Assembly (NCBI GenBank): GCA_044375675.1
Contig: JBILMD010000007.1
Coordinates: forward strand, 7,737-71,736
DNA from: Alphaproteobacteria bacterium
GTDB taxonomy: Bacteria > Pseudomonadota > Alphaproteobacteria > JAJTHO01 > CANGYM01
Direction: 5' to 3'
DNA length: 64,000 nt
The notes beneath the pieces were generated by a model. The model saw only the letters and a list, made by a program, of their open reading frames with translations, had not been told where the DNA came from and ran no database searches. A program made the position numbers and the translations under genes. Positions 32,757-41,819 of the stretch are shown piece by piece. How positions within the stretch are numbered: position 1 is the stretch's first letter; every line of letters begins with the position of its first letter.

Positions 32757-33694
32757 TATGGACGCTCTTTTTTTAAAAGGGATTCAAGGACTTCGATCAC
32801 CATGCGCGGGGAAACATTCGCTAAATTTTTTTCCCTGAATATCTTGACCCATGGCCCACGCTGGGCGCAACGCACGGGATCTGAAGCATGGGAAAACAGG
32901 GCCACAGTGGGGGCGCCGGCAACACTGAGAAGATGCAAGGGCCCCGTATCATTGCCAATGGCAAAACTGGCTTGGCTGCCCAGCGTGGCCAAATCCTGAA
33001 ACTGGGTTTTTCCGGTCATATCAATGCATTCCGGAACGGCTTTTTTGATATGTTGGTTAAGGTCAGCATCAATCTGGGTTCCAATCAAAATGGGGGTGAT
33101 GTTGTGTTGCACCAAATACGCGGCCATTTCGGTGTAATAAGAAACAGGCCAGCGTTTTTCCGGACGATGCGCCGAACCGCCAGGCACCAGCAGGGCAAAG
33201 GGTTTCTGAGGACATACCACAGCAGAAGACACAGCCCAATCCACCCGCGGAGGATAGAAACGGGTCAAACCCGCCAGCCCCAATTGTTCATTCAAGCGTT
33301 CAATGGTATGCATGGTTTTTCGGTGGGGTGTATTGTGGCGATAGCGACATCCCGCCACAGCGCCGGACCAATGATCCGGCTGATGGGGCCAAAGCATCCA
33401 GAAATAAAATGCCGTTCGGTCGCTGTTTTGCAGATCATACACGCGATCAAAGCCTTGGTGCAAAAACCAAGAGCGAAGATGGCCTATCCCTCGAAGGTCC
33501 CAAAATTTAGGCTTTTTATCCTGAGCAACCGCATCAAACCAAGGGGCATCAGCGGCAATGGTATGATAAGGGGCGCAGGTCAGCAGGGTAATCTCACCAT
33601 GGGGATGATGGGACCTTATGGCTTCAAAGGCACCCATGGCTTGGACAAAATCGCCAAAGGCACCATGTTTAATCACCAAAATGCGCTGGGACAT
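32756..33694 (-). CDS. Glycosyltransferase family 9 (ADP-heptose:LPS heptosyltransferase-like)
   Basis: ILVIKHGAFGD, KRWP, GNDTGPLHL. Confidence 0.9.
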   Translation of the reverse strand: MSQRILVIKHGAFGDFVQAMGAFEAIRSHHPHGEITLLTCAPYHTIAADAPWFDAVAQDKKPKFWDLRGIGHLRSWFLHQGFDRVYDLQNSDRTAFYFWMLWPHQPDHWSGAVAGCRYRHNTPHRKTMHTIERLNEQLGLAGLTRFYPPRVDWAVSSAVVCPQKPFALLVPGGSAHRPEKRWPVSYYTEMAAYLVQHNITPILIGTQIDADLNQHIKKAVPECIDMTGKTQFQDLATLGSQASFAIGNDTGPLHLLSVAGAPTVALFSHASDPVRCAQRGPWVKIFREKNLANVSPRMVIEVLESLLKKERP

Positions 33695-33713
33695 AATGCC
33701 TGGGGATCAACAC

Positions 33714-34244
33714 TCAACGCTCGTCCATGGGGGCATCCATGGGGGATGTTCCCATGGTGTGCGGCATCTGGTGCTGCTGCATCATGGGCCCTTTGGGCAT
33801 AGGGGTGGATGCAGGGGACATCATGCCATCGCGGGAGCATTTTCTGTACGTAAACCAGATTTTTCTCTGTTCAGGGGTTAAAATACGCCACACCTGAAGA
33901 TCCGATTCAAATCGGGCATTGTTCATGGCAGAGGACGCGGCGTTGTAATCGCCAAACAATGTTTTCAGGTCATCTTCTTTTGTGGCGGTGTTTTCAAGGC
34001 CCTGATAAAGGGCGCGTTTCTTATCGCGCATATCAGAGCGAGCTTGCTTTAGCGCATCCCCCTGCTTTTCATCAATGGCGCGAAGTTTTTTTTCCAAATC
34101 GGCGGGGGGCTTTAACGCCTCCATCGAACGCTCAAACGGGGGTTTGCAGATCATGGGGCGATCTTTGTCTGCCCCCTGCGGTGCGGCAGCCCAAGACGCC
34201 GTTACCAAAGCCAGCATCAAAACCAGTGTACGAACGATGATCAT
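33714..34244 (-). CDS. Spy/CpxP/ZraP-like periplasmic protein
   Basis: Signal peptide, helical body, ILTPEQR (LTxxQ), Met-rich tail. Confidence 0.7.
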   Translation of the reverse strand: MIIVRTLVLMLALVTASWAAAPQGADKDRPMICKPPFERSMEALKPPADLEKKLRAIDEKQGDALKQARSDMRDKKRALYQGLENTATKEDDLKTLFGDYNAASSAMNNARFESDLQVWRILTPEQRKIWFTYRKCSRDGMMSPASTPMPKGPMMQQHQMPHTMGTSPMDAPMDER

Positions 34245-34329
34245 AAGACCCCCCTAAAAAACAAAAGGACAATTGCATGTGACTATAGGGGGGAATCCCT
34301 CACAGGACAATTGTTTTTTGACCGAAGGT

Positions 34330-35322
34330 TTATCGTTTCAACTGCACCAAAATCGGGGGCGTTAGGGCGGCGTTGGGGGTGTCATTCATCATCACCTGAT
34401 GGATGCGATTGATGGCGGCTTGGTTTAATTTGACGCCCACACCCCAAGCATCGCCGTTTTGCCATTCGCGCTGGCTGGAAATCACGCCCACCATGGCAAA
34501 GGTATCATATAGGGGGTCATAGGCAAAAATCGGGCCGCCCGAGGTCCCCTCGAACGACAGGGCCCCATGTTCAAACTGATTGCCTTTGCCTGGGGACTCG
34601 GCATTGCGATAGGTTAAGGTTGTGCTGCGATACAGCTTGCCGTCTTCGCCCAAGGGGGGCTTGACAGGGTAACCGGAAACGGTCAGGGCCATGGCAGAGC
34701 CCACATCGCTGGGATGAAAATGGGCATCTGTCACCAAAGCCACAGGCACGCTGCCCCACTTTGTCCAAAAGGCATCGCCGTAGGGGGCCGATTCTAAATG
34801 CACCAGTGCCACATCTTCGTTATTATCCAGTGCTGGCCCCGAAGAGCGCATATATTCCACAGAGGCAATTGTAACGGGGGGATAGGGGATTTGTGATCCG
34901 TTGCGGGCGGCAAAAAATTTGCCGTCTTGGTAATAGCCCTGAGCTGCATCATAAAAACAATGGGCGGCCGTTAACACCACTTTGGGGGCGATCATGGTGC
35001 CGGTGCATCCATTGTATTGCGCCACGCCAAAGCGAATTTGCAGTTGCCCCACATACATCCATGGATACGTCAGGGTGTCTGCAACGGGGTCCATGGCAGG
35101 GGCTTTGGGGGTTGAGTTTTTTTGCAAGACAGGGCCCATATCGCCGTAGCGGGCCTGATCCCGATAGCCGTCCTCGGCCCGTTGATAGGTGCTGAGCAAG
35201 GCATAGCGCAGGGCATCGTCCAGTCGAATGGATAAGGGTTTTGCCTCCTCGGCCAACGCAAAAGACGCTTGCGTCACAACACAAAGCACCGTAAAAAAAA
35301 GATTCTTAAAAAAAGGGCGCAT
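34330..35322 (-). CDS. Secreted trypsin-like (V8-type) serine protease
   Basis: Signal peptide; catalytic triad in LTAAHC, EDVALV, EGTSGGP. Confidence 0.82.
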   Translation of the reverse strand: MRPFFKNLFFTVLCVVTQASFALAEEAKPLSIRLDDALRYALLSTYQRAEDGYRDQARYGDMGPVLQKNSTPKAPAMDPVADTLTYPWMYVGQLQIRFGVAQYNGCTGTMIAPKVVLTAAHCFYDAAQGYYQDGKFFAARNGSQIPYPPVTIASVEYMRSSGPALDNNEDVALVHLESAPYGDAFWTKWGSVPVALVTDAHFHPSDVGSAMALTVSGYPVKPPLGEDGKLYRSTTLTYRNAESPGKGNQFEHGALSFEGTSGGPIFAYDPLYDTFAMVGVISSQREWQNGDAWGVGVKLNQAAINRIHQVMMNDTPNAALTPPILVQLKR

Positions 35323-35388
35323 AACAACAGTGGTCTTTGTTTACCCCTAAGAGTAGGTCATGTTTATTTAAAAAGCAAGGATTTTTCC

Positions 35389-36069
35389 ATGCCCCTTATC
35401 CTCCTTCGTCATGGTCAAAGTGTTTGGAATCTGGAAAACCGCTTTACGGGTTGGGTGGATGTGGACCTGACGGATCAGGGAAAAGCTGAGGCCCAAAAGG
35501 CAGGACAAGCCCTGAAATCTGTGGGGGTGATGCCGGATGTGGTGTTTGTCTCGCCCCTGAAACGGGCTAGGGAAACCTGCCAGCGGGCGCTCTCAGAGCT
35601 GGGCTGTTCGGTCACCCCCCAAGAGTCGCCAGAAATGATTGAGCGGTTTTACGGTGCCCTGACCGGATTGAACAAAGAAGAAACGGCAGAGGCCCACGGC
35701 GCGGATCAGGTGCATACATGGCGCCGCAGTTACGATCAGGCCCCACCGGATTTGCAGGAAAGCCATGATTATCATCCTGCCAACAACCCGTTGTTTGAAA
35801 ACTTTCCTTTCCGTTTGCCGGCCACGGAAAGCCTAAAGGACGTTGTGGATCGGGTGCATCCTTTTTATCGCAACATTCTCTCTCCCTTGCTGGCGCAGAA
35901 CAAAACGGTGTTGATTGTGGCCCATGGCAACAGCATTCGGGCCCTGATCAAACTGATGGCGGGTCTGTCTGATCAGCAAATTGAGTCCGTGGAAATCCCC
36001 ACCGGTCGTCCCGTGATGTTGACCCCAGAGGGCCAACATTGGAATTACAAAATTTTGCCATCATCATGA
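35389..36069 (+). CDS. gpmA: 2,3-BPG-dependent phosphoglycerate mutase
   Basis: [25 protein letters not shown]. Confidence 0.95.
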   Translation: MPLILLRHGQSVWNLENRFTGWVDVDLTDQGKAEAQKAGQALKSVGVMPDVVFVSPLKRARETCQRALSELGCSVTPQESPEMIERFYGALTGLNKEETAEAHGADQVHTWRRSYDQAPPDLQESHDYHPANNPLFENFPFRLPATESLKDVVDRVHPFYRNILSPLLAQNKTVLIVAHGNSIRALIKLMAGLSDQQIESVEIPTGRPVMLTPEGQHWNYKILPSS

Positions 36070-36944
36070 CCCTTGCCTTTCAAGACATCATCCTGACATT
36101 ACAGCAATTCTGGTCGCGCCAAGGGTGTGTTTTGCTGCAGCCCTATGACAAAGAAATGGGTGCGGGGACGTTTCATCCGGCAACGGCGTTAAAATGTTTG
36201 GGGCCGGATCCATGGTGCGCCGCGTATCCCCAGCCCTGTCGCCGCCCCACCGATGGCCGCTATGGCAACAATCCCAACCGGTTGCAGCATTATTACCAGT
36301 TTCAGGTGATTTTAAAACCCAGCCCCGATGATGTTCAGGCGTTGTATCTGTCCAGTCTGGATGCCATCGGGTTATCCCTGAACGATCACGACATTCGCTT
36401 TGTTGAGGATGATTGGGAAAGCCCCACCCTGGGCGCGGCAGGTTTGGGATGGGAAGTTTGGTGTGACGGTATGGAAATCACCCAGTTTACCTATTTTCAG
36501 CAGATGGGGGGCATTCCCTGTGACCCTGTTTCTGTGGAATTGACCTATGGGCTAGAGCGGCTGGCCATGTACATTCAGGGCCGCGAAAACGTTTATGATT
36601 TGGCATTTAATGATGCATCATCCCGTTATCCCATGACCTACGGCGATGTATTTTTGGCCAACGAACGGCAGCAGTCGGCGTATAATTTTGAGGCTGCGGA
36701 TACCTTGGCCTTAAAAAACGCCTTTGAAACGGCAGAAAGGGAATGCCCCCGTCTGCTCGCGCTTGGATTGATCTTGCCGGCCTATGAACAGGCCATTGGG
36801 GCCAGTCATCTGTTTAACCTGATGGATGCGCGGGGCATGATTGGGGTGAATGAACGGGCACGGACCATCGGCCGCATTCGGGCTTTGGCCAAGGCCTGCT
36901 GTGAAGCGTATACACAACCCCAGACAGAAGGGGAAAACGCCTGA
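36066..36944 (+). CDS. glyQ: Glycine-tRNA ligase alpha subunit
   Basis: [23 protein letters not shown]. Confidence 0.97.
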   Translation: MTLAFQDIILTLQQFWSRQGCVLLQPYDKEMGAGTFHPATALKCLGPDPWCAAYPQPCRRPTDGRYGNNPNRLQHYYQFQVILKPSPDDVQALYLSSLDAIGLSLNDHDIRFVEDDWESPTLGAAGLGWEVWCDGMEITQFTYFQQMGGIPCDPVSVELTYGLERLAMYIQGRENVYDLAFNDASSRYPMTYGDVFLANERQQSAYNFEAADTLALKNAFETAERECPRLLALGLILPAYEQAIGASHLFNLMDARGMIGVNERARTIGRIRALAKACCEAYTQPQTEGENA

Positions 36945-39046
36945 TGGTTGATTTCCTGCTCGAATTAAACAGCGAAGAAATTCCCGCCCGTTTTTTGGTG
37001 GAGGATTCTCGGCGGGATGTATTGTTCAGGGATTTTCTGGCCAAGTTTGGCTTTGCTGATGCCTCTTTTCGCTCTTTTGATGCCCCCCGTCGCATTGCGT
37101 TTTGGGTGAGCGGTTTGCCCGCAACCCTGCCCGCCCGATCCGAAGAAATCCGCGGCCCCAAAACAACCGCCCCCGCCGATGTTGTGGCCAAGTTTCAAGA
37201 GCGATATGCCACGGCCACCTTTTCCATTGTGGAAACACCCAAAGGCACGTTTCACATCGCCACAGTCACAACGCCGCCCATCCCCTTGGCGCAGGCCTTG
37301 GCCCCCGCCATTGCTGATTTTATCATGACCTATCCTTGGCCCAAATCCATGACATGGGGCGATACTACGCTGCGATGGGTGCGGCCCCTGCGCCGGATTG
37401 TGGCCATGGTGGATGATCAGGTTTTGCCTGGGGGATTGTTTTTGGGACATGGAAACCACGCCCCCCAGTACGTTACCGACACAACGGGGCCGCGGATTTT
37501 GCCCTATAGCAACCTGTCGCTGGGGCGTTTGGGATTAAACGGGGCGCCGGATGTTCCGGTGACGCCGGCGACGTATCAGCATGCCTTGGAAAACCAAGGT
37601 ATTTTGGCCTACTCCTCTGATCGTTACAGTCAAATGGTCCAAAAGATTGTCGATCTTTGTAAAAAAAACCATGTTCCCTTGCCAGAGGGGTTTCCTACGG
37701 ATCCCATGGATATTTTGCTTGATATACATGTCAGCAAGCTCATTGATTACCCCGCCCCCTTCATCGGCCGCATTGATGCGGAGTTCATGCACCTGCCGGC
37801 GCCGATTATTAAAACGGTGATGGCGGTGCATCAGAAATACTTTGCCACGCAGCATTCGGATGGGGCCTTGGCCCCCTATTTTGTGGGGGTGGCGAATCGT
37901 GTCGATCCCGACGTTCCCCAAGGCATCATTCATGGAAACGAACGGGTTTTGCGGGCCCGCCTGTCCGATGCCGCGTTTTTTTGGGAAACGGATTTAAAAC
38001 AACCGCTGGAATCCTATAACGACCATCTAAAAACCCGCACCTTTCATGCGGGCTTGGGGGCGTTGGGGCTGGATGCAACGGTTTATGGAAAGGTTCAGCG
38101 GATGCTGGCCCTTGCCCCTGTGGTGGCGGGTTTGGTTCAGGAGGTAGACCTTCCCAAACTCTTGCGGGCGGTGAGCCTATCCAAGGCCGATCTGGCCACA
38201 GGTATGGTGGGGGAATTTCCGGAATTACAGGGATATGTGGGGTCTTTTTACGCCCATCATCAGGGGGAAGACGCGGACATCGTGGCTGCCCTGCGGGCCC
38301 AGTACCTATGGGGGGATGCGTTTCCCAACACCGAGGCATTATCTTTGGCGTTGGCCCTAGTGGACCGTCTGGATAGCTTGCTCAGCTTTTTTGCCGCCGG
38401 TGAAAAAACCACGGGCAGCAAGGACCCTTATGGCCTGCGCCGTTTGGCGTACGGGATTGTGGGGTTGGTTCTGGATAATCCCCATATCCCCTCGTTTGAT
38501 GTGGCCTCTGTGAAAAACATCGCGGTGACCCATCATTATCCCGAAGCGCAAAAGCCCTTTTCAGAATCTGTCTTTCAGGATGTTCAGGCGTTTCTTTTGG
38601 ACAAGACCATCACGTTTTTAACAGAAAACGCCGATATTCCGCTGGAGATCATCAGGACCGTTGTGCCCCAAGACACTTCTCAGGGCACCTCTGTGGACCT
38701 CGCGCTGCTGGCTATTAAGGCCAAGGCCCTAGCGGACTTCCCGCACCGAGAGACCCTGCAGGCCACCATCATTCGCCTCAAGGGCTTGGGCGGTGATGAA
38801 ACATCCCCCGTGGATGAAGCCTTATTAAATGACCCGCTGGAAAAACAGGTTTACCAAGGGATGCAGTCTCTCCCCCCCCTTGCCTTGCCCGTCACGCCAG
38901 AAAAAGAAACCTTGCGCCTTAGTGCCTTGGTCACATTATCCCAATCTGTGAATGCCATGCTGGATGCCCTGCGGATCAATGATCCCGTGTATGGCGTGAA
39001 CCGCCGGGCGTTGGTGCGGGCGTTGTTGGGGCGGTATACATCATAG
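36944..39046 (+). CDS. glyS: Glycine-tRNA ligase beta subunit
   Basis: LLELNSEEIPA, WPKSMTW, RARLSDA, EFPELQG, GSKDPYGLRR. Confidence 0.93.
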   Translation: MVDFLLELNSEEIPARFLVEDSRRDVLFRDFLAKFGFADASFRSFDAPRRIAFWVSGLPATLPARSEEIRGPKTTAPADVVAKFQERYATATFSIVETPKGTFHIATVTTPPIPLAQALAPAIADFIMTYPWPKSMTWGDTTLRWVRPLRRIVAMVDDQVLPGGLFLGHGNHAPQYVTDTTGPRILPYSNLSLGRLGLNGAPDVPVTPATYQHALENQGILAYSSDRYSQMVQKIVDLCKKNHVPLPEGFPTDPMDILLDIHVSKLIDYPAPFIGRIDAEFMHLPAPIIKTVMAVHQKYFATQHSDGALAPYFVGVANRVDPDVPQGIIHGNERVLRARLSDAAFFWETDLKQPLESYNDHLKTRTFHAGLGALGLDATVYGKVQRMLALAPVVAGLVQEVDLPKLLRAVSLSKADLATGMVGEFPELQGYVGSFYAHHQGEDADIVAALRAQYLWGDAFPNTEALSLALALVDRLDSLLSFFAAGEKTTGSKDPYGLRRLAYGIVGLVLDNPHIPSFDVASVKNIAVTHHYPEAQKPFSESVFQDVQAFLLDKTITFLTENADIPLEIIRTVVPQDTSQGTSVDLALLAIKAKALADFPHRETLQATIIRLKGLGGDETSPVDEALLNDPLEKQVYQGMQSLPPLALPVTPEKETLRLSALVTLSQSVNAMLDALRINDPVYGVNRRALVRALLGRYTS

Positions 39047-39050
39047 CACC

Positions 39051-39605
39051 CTACAACTTCGGCAACGTCACCCCCGTTTGGCCCATGTATTTGCCGGAGC
39101 GGTCCGCATAGGTCACCTCGCAGGGGGAATCGCCTTTTAGGAAAAGAAACTGGCAGATGCCCTCGTTGGCATAAATTTTGGCCGGCAGGGGTGTGGTATT
39201 GGAAATTTCTATGGTGACGTGGCCCTCCCAACCAGGCTCCAGCGGGGTGACATTCACAATAATCCCGCAGCGGGCATAGGTGGATTTGCCTAGGCAAATC
39301 ACCAAAACATCGCTGGGAATGCGAAAATACTCCACCGTCCGCGCCAAGGCAAAGCTGTTGGGGGGGACAATACAAACCTCTTTTTTGCGATCCACAAAGG
39401 ATGTGTGGGAAAAATCCTTCGGATCAATGGTGGCCGCATCCACGTTGGTAAAAATTTTAAAGTCATCGGCCACACGGGCATCATACCCATAGGAAGATAA
39501 GCCATAGGAAATCACGCCAGAGCGCGTCTGTTTTTCCACAAAGGGCGTGATCATGTTGTTGTTTTGGGCTTGGGTGCGAATCCAATGATCGGGAAGGATG
39601 CTCAT
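39051..39605 (-). CDS. dcd: dCTP deaminase
   Basis: [28 protein letters not shown]. Confidence 0.96.
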   Translation of the reverse strand: MSILPDHWIRTQAQNNNMITPFVEKQTRSGVISYGLSSYGYDARVADDFKIFTNVDAATIDPKDFSHTSFVDRKKEVCIVPPNSFALARTVEYFRIPSDVLVICLGKSTYARCGIIVNVTPLEPGWEGHVTIEISNTTPLPAKIYANEGICQFLFLKGDSPCEVTYADRSGKYMGQTGVTLPKL

Positions 39606-39751
39606 GATCGCCTCTGCTGAGAAGGGCTGGTTTGATCGGTTGATGCCGGTGTTGTGGGCGAAGAAGACGAGGTAGCCCCCTCCCCCTTTTTACGGCGGCG
39701 CAGATTTTGGCGCAGGGCGGCGGCGAGTTGTTCAGGGGTGGGCTTGGCCAT
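39602..39751 (-). CDS. Small (49 aa) basic protein
   Basis: [22 protein letters not shown]...; 4-nt overlap with the dcd start; I recognise the LAAALRxNLRRRK motif from small alphaproteobacterial proteins near dcd/murA. Confidence 0.6.
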   Translation of the reverse strand: MAKPTPEQLAAALRQNLRRRKKGEGATSSSSPTTPASTDQTSPSQQRRS

Positions 39752-39864
39752 AACAATGATCAATAAATAAACAATCAGATAAACAGTCTTGGACTTGGAT
39801 GGATTAAGCGGGGGATTCAACAAAATCCCTTGCAGATGTAAACGGTTTTTGATAAGAAGGCAAT

Positions 39865-39955
39865 CCCTGTGTTGCGCTGAGGCGGGTGAATTGTAACATT
39901 CACGGGCATGCCCAGCCAACCTTAACCTAAAAAACCACTCGAGGATCAAATGCCC
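39865..39955 (+). promoter_or_regulatory. Putative structured rpmI-rplT leader
   Basis: Hairpin gtgaat/attcac; gggcat (39904) is complementary to the start-codon region atgccc (39950); TTGCAG-N17-TAAGAA upstream at 39830. Confidence 0.35.
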
Positions 39956-40147
39956 AAACTGAAAACCAAAAGCAGCGCCAAAAAGCGCTTTAAAGTCACA
40001 GGAACCGGCAAAATCACCGCCTATCCTGCCAACAAGAGTCATAACTTGCGTCGTCGCTCTTCGAAAATGAAACGTCAAACGCGCGAAAATATGGTGCTGA
40101 AGGATTGCGATGCCAAAATCGTTCGTCCTTTCTTGCCCTATCTATAA
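39950..40147 (+). CDS. rpmI: 50S ribosomal protein L35
   Basis: MPKLKTKSSAKKRFKVTGTGK. Confidence 0.96.
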   Translation: MPKLKTKSSAKKRFKVTGTGKITAYPANKSHNLRRRSSKMKRQTRENMVLKDCDAKIVRPFLPYL

Positions 40148-40172
40148 TCGCTGAATTCAGGAGACTCTTGTC

Positions 40173-40553
40173 ATGGCCCATGTCAAACGCGGTACCACCA
40201 CCCATGCCCGCCACAAAAAGGTGATCAAGGCAGCCAAAGGATACTATGGCCGCCGCAAAAGTTGTTTCAGAACGGCTGTTCAGGCGGTTGAAAAAGCCGG
40301 CCAGTACGCTTACCGAGACCGTCGCAACAAAAAACGGACCTTCCGCAGCCTGTGGATCCAGCGGATCAATGCGGCTGTTCGGGCTCAGGGTCTGAAATAC
40401 TCTGATTTTATTGCGGGACTCAAGGCCGCCAATGTGGTCATGGACCGCAAGGCCCTTTCCGAGCTGGCCATTCACAATCCAGAGGCGTTCTCTCATGTTG
40501 TGGAAACAGCGTTAAAAGCCCTTGATGCCAAGTCTACACCTGCTGCGGCCTAA
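40173..40553 (+). CDS. rplT: 50S ribosomal protein L20
   Basis: [24 protein letters not shown]. Confidence 0.97.
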   Translation: MAHVKRGTTTHARHKKVIKAAKGYYGRRKSCFRTAVQAVEKAGQYAYRDRRNKKRTFRSLWIQRINAAVRAQGLKYSDFIAGLKAANVVMDRKALSELAIHNPEAFSHVVETALKALDAKSTPAAA

Positions 40554-41599
40554 TGCTGGGGGATCTTTCCGGTTTACGGGATCGTATTCTGGCTGAGTTG
40601 GCCGCTGCGTCTACGTTGGAGGCCCTGGAGTCCCTCAGGGTCTCTGCCTTAGGCAAAAAAGGATCCCTAACGGCTGTCTTTTCTGCCCTGCGGGACCTTT
40701 CCCCAGAGGACAAACGCGCGGCGGGCCAAGAGGTTAATGCGGTTAAGCTGGTTATCGAAGATGCCTTGGCCCATCGGACCCAGGTTTTAAAAGACCACGC
40801 CCTGCAACAGCAGATCAAAACCCAGACCCTTGACATGACCCTGCCCCCCATCGCTATGGGCTTGGGTCGTCGCCACCCGCTCAGCCGCACGCTGGATGAT
40901 ATTGTGGCCCTGTTTGCCCGCCAAGGGTTTGTCCTGCACCATGGACCGGATGTTGAGGATGACGAGCATAATTTCGGCGCCCTGAATTTCCCCGCCCATC
41001 ACCCCGCGCGTCAGATGCATGATACCTTTTATGTGGATCAAACGGATGCCCATGGTAACCCCATGCTGCTGCGAACACATACGTCGTGCGTGCAAATTCA
41101 TGCCCTGAAAGGGGCCACGTTGCCCGCCCGTATTTTGGCTGCGGGCCGGACCTATCGTTGTGATTCCGATCAAACCCACACCCCCATGTTTCATCAGGTT
41201 GAGGGGGTTGTCATCGAAGATGGCATCACCATGGGCCATCTCAGGGGTTGTCTGGAAACCTTTCTGGCGGATTTTTTCGAGCGTGATCGGGTGGACATCC
41301 GTTTCCGTCCCAGCTATTTCCCCTTTACTGAGCCCTCTGCCGAAGTTGACATTCGCTGTCGCCGCGACGCCAATGGTATCGTGATAGGGGAAGGCGACGA
41401 CTGGCTGGAGGTCTTGGGCTGTGGCATGATTCACCCCCACGTTTTAACCGCCTGCGGTCTGGATGCTACGCGCCATCAGGGCTTTGCCTTTGGCTTGGGC
41501 GTTGAGCGTCTGGCCATGCTGAAATACGGCATCAGCGATTTGCGCATGTTTTTCCAAAACGATGGCCGCTGGTTGGGGCATTATGGGTTTGTGGGTTGA
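40553..41599 (+). CDS. pheS: Phenylalanine-tRNA ligase alpha subunit
   Basis: HPARQMHDTF, THTPMFHQVEG, RPSYFPFTEPS, GFAFGLGVERL. Confidence 0.97.
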   Translation: MLGDLSGLRDRILAELAAASTLEALESLRVSALGKKGSLTAVFSALRDLSPEDKRAAGQEVNAVKLVIEDALAHRTQVLKDHALQQQIKTQTLDMTLPPIAMGLGRRHPLSRTLDDIVALFARQGFVLHHGPDVEDDEHNFGALNFPAHHPARQMHDTFYVDQTDAHGNPMLLRTHTSCVQIHALKGATLPARILAAGRTYRCDSDQTHTPMFHQVEGVVIEDGITMGHLRGCLETFLADFFERDRVDIRFRPSYFPFTEPSAEVDIRCRRDANGIVIGEGDDWLEVLGCGMIHPHVLTACGLDATRHQGFAFGLGVERLAMLKYGISDLRMFFQNDGRWLGHYGFVG

Positions 41600-41819
41600 T
41601 ATAACCAACTGCAATCGGTTTTGAGCCCGGGGGAGTTGGGGGTCCACCCTAACATAGAAAAGCCTTAGTATTTAAGTCTCATCCATTTGTTTTTTAACAA
41701 TAATAAAAATACAAAAAACGCGGTATCTAACGCAAACTGCAACGGCTCCCGCGTAGCCCCGCTAAGACAACTTCGATGCGTGGGCGCAAGCAGCCCGCTA
41801 TTTTTTCCAAACCCCCTCC

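Noticed and set aside
33720-33800. ccatggggg repeats
   Set aside because: They encode the Met/Pro-rich tail of the Spy-like protein
32888-33802. 304-aa plus-strand ORF
   Set aside because: Lies antisense over the GT9 gene (and the end of the Spy-like gene), which has clear family motifs
39752-40078. N-terminal 109 codons of the 158-aa minus-strand ORF
   Set aside because: Antisense to rpmI and its leader; only the last 49 codons look like a real gene
41700-41815. GCGTTAGAT on the minus strand, resembling an integron attC core
   Set aside because: No complementary RYYYAAC end, no full palindrome and no integron integrase
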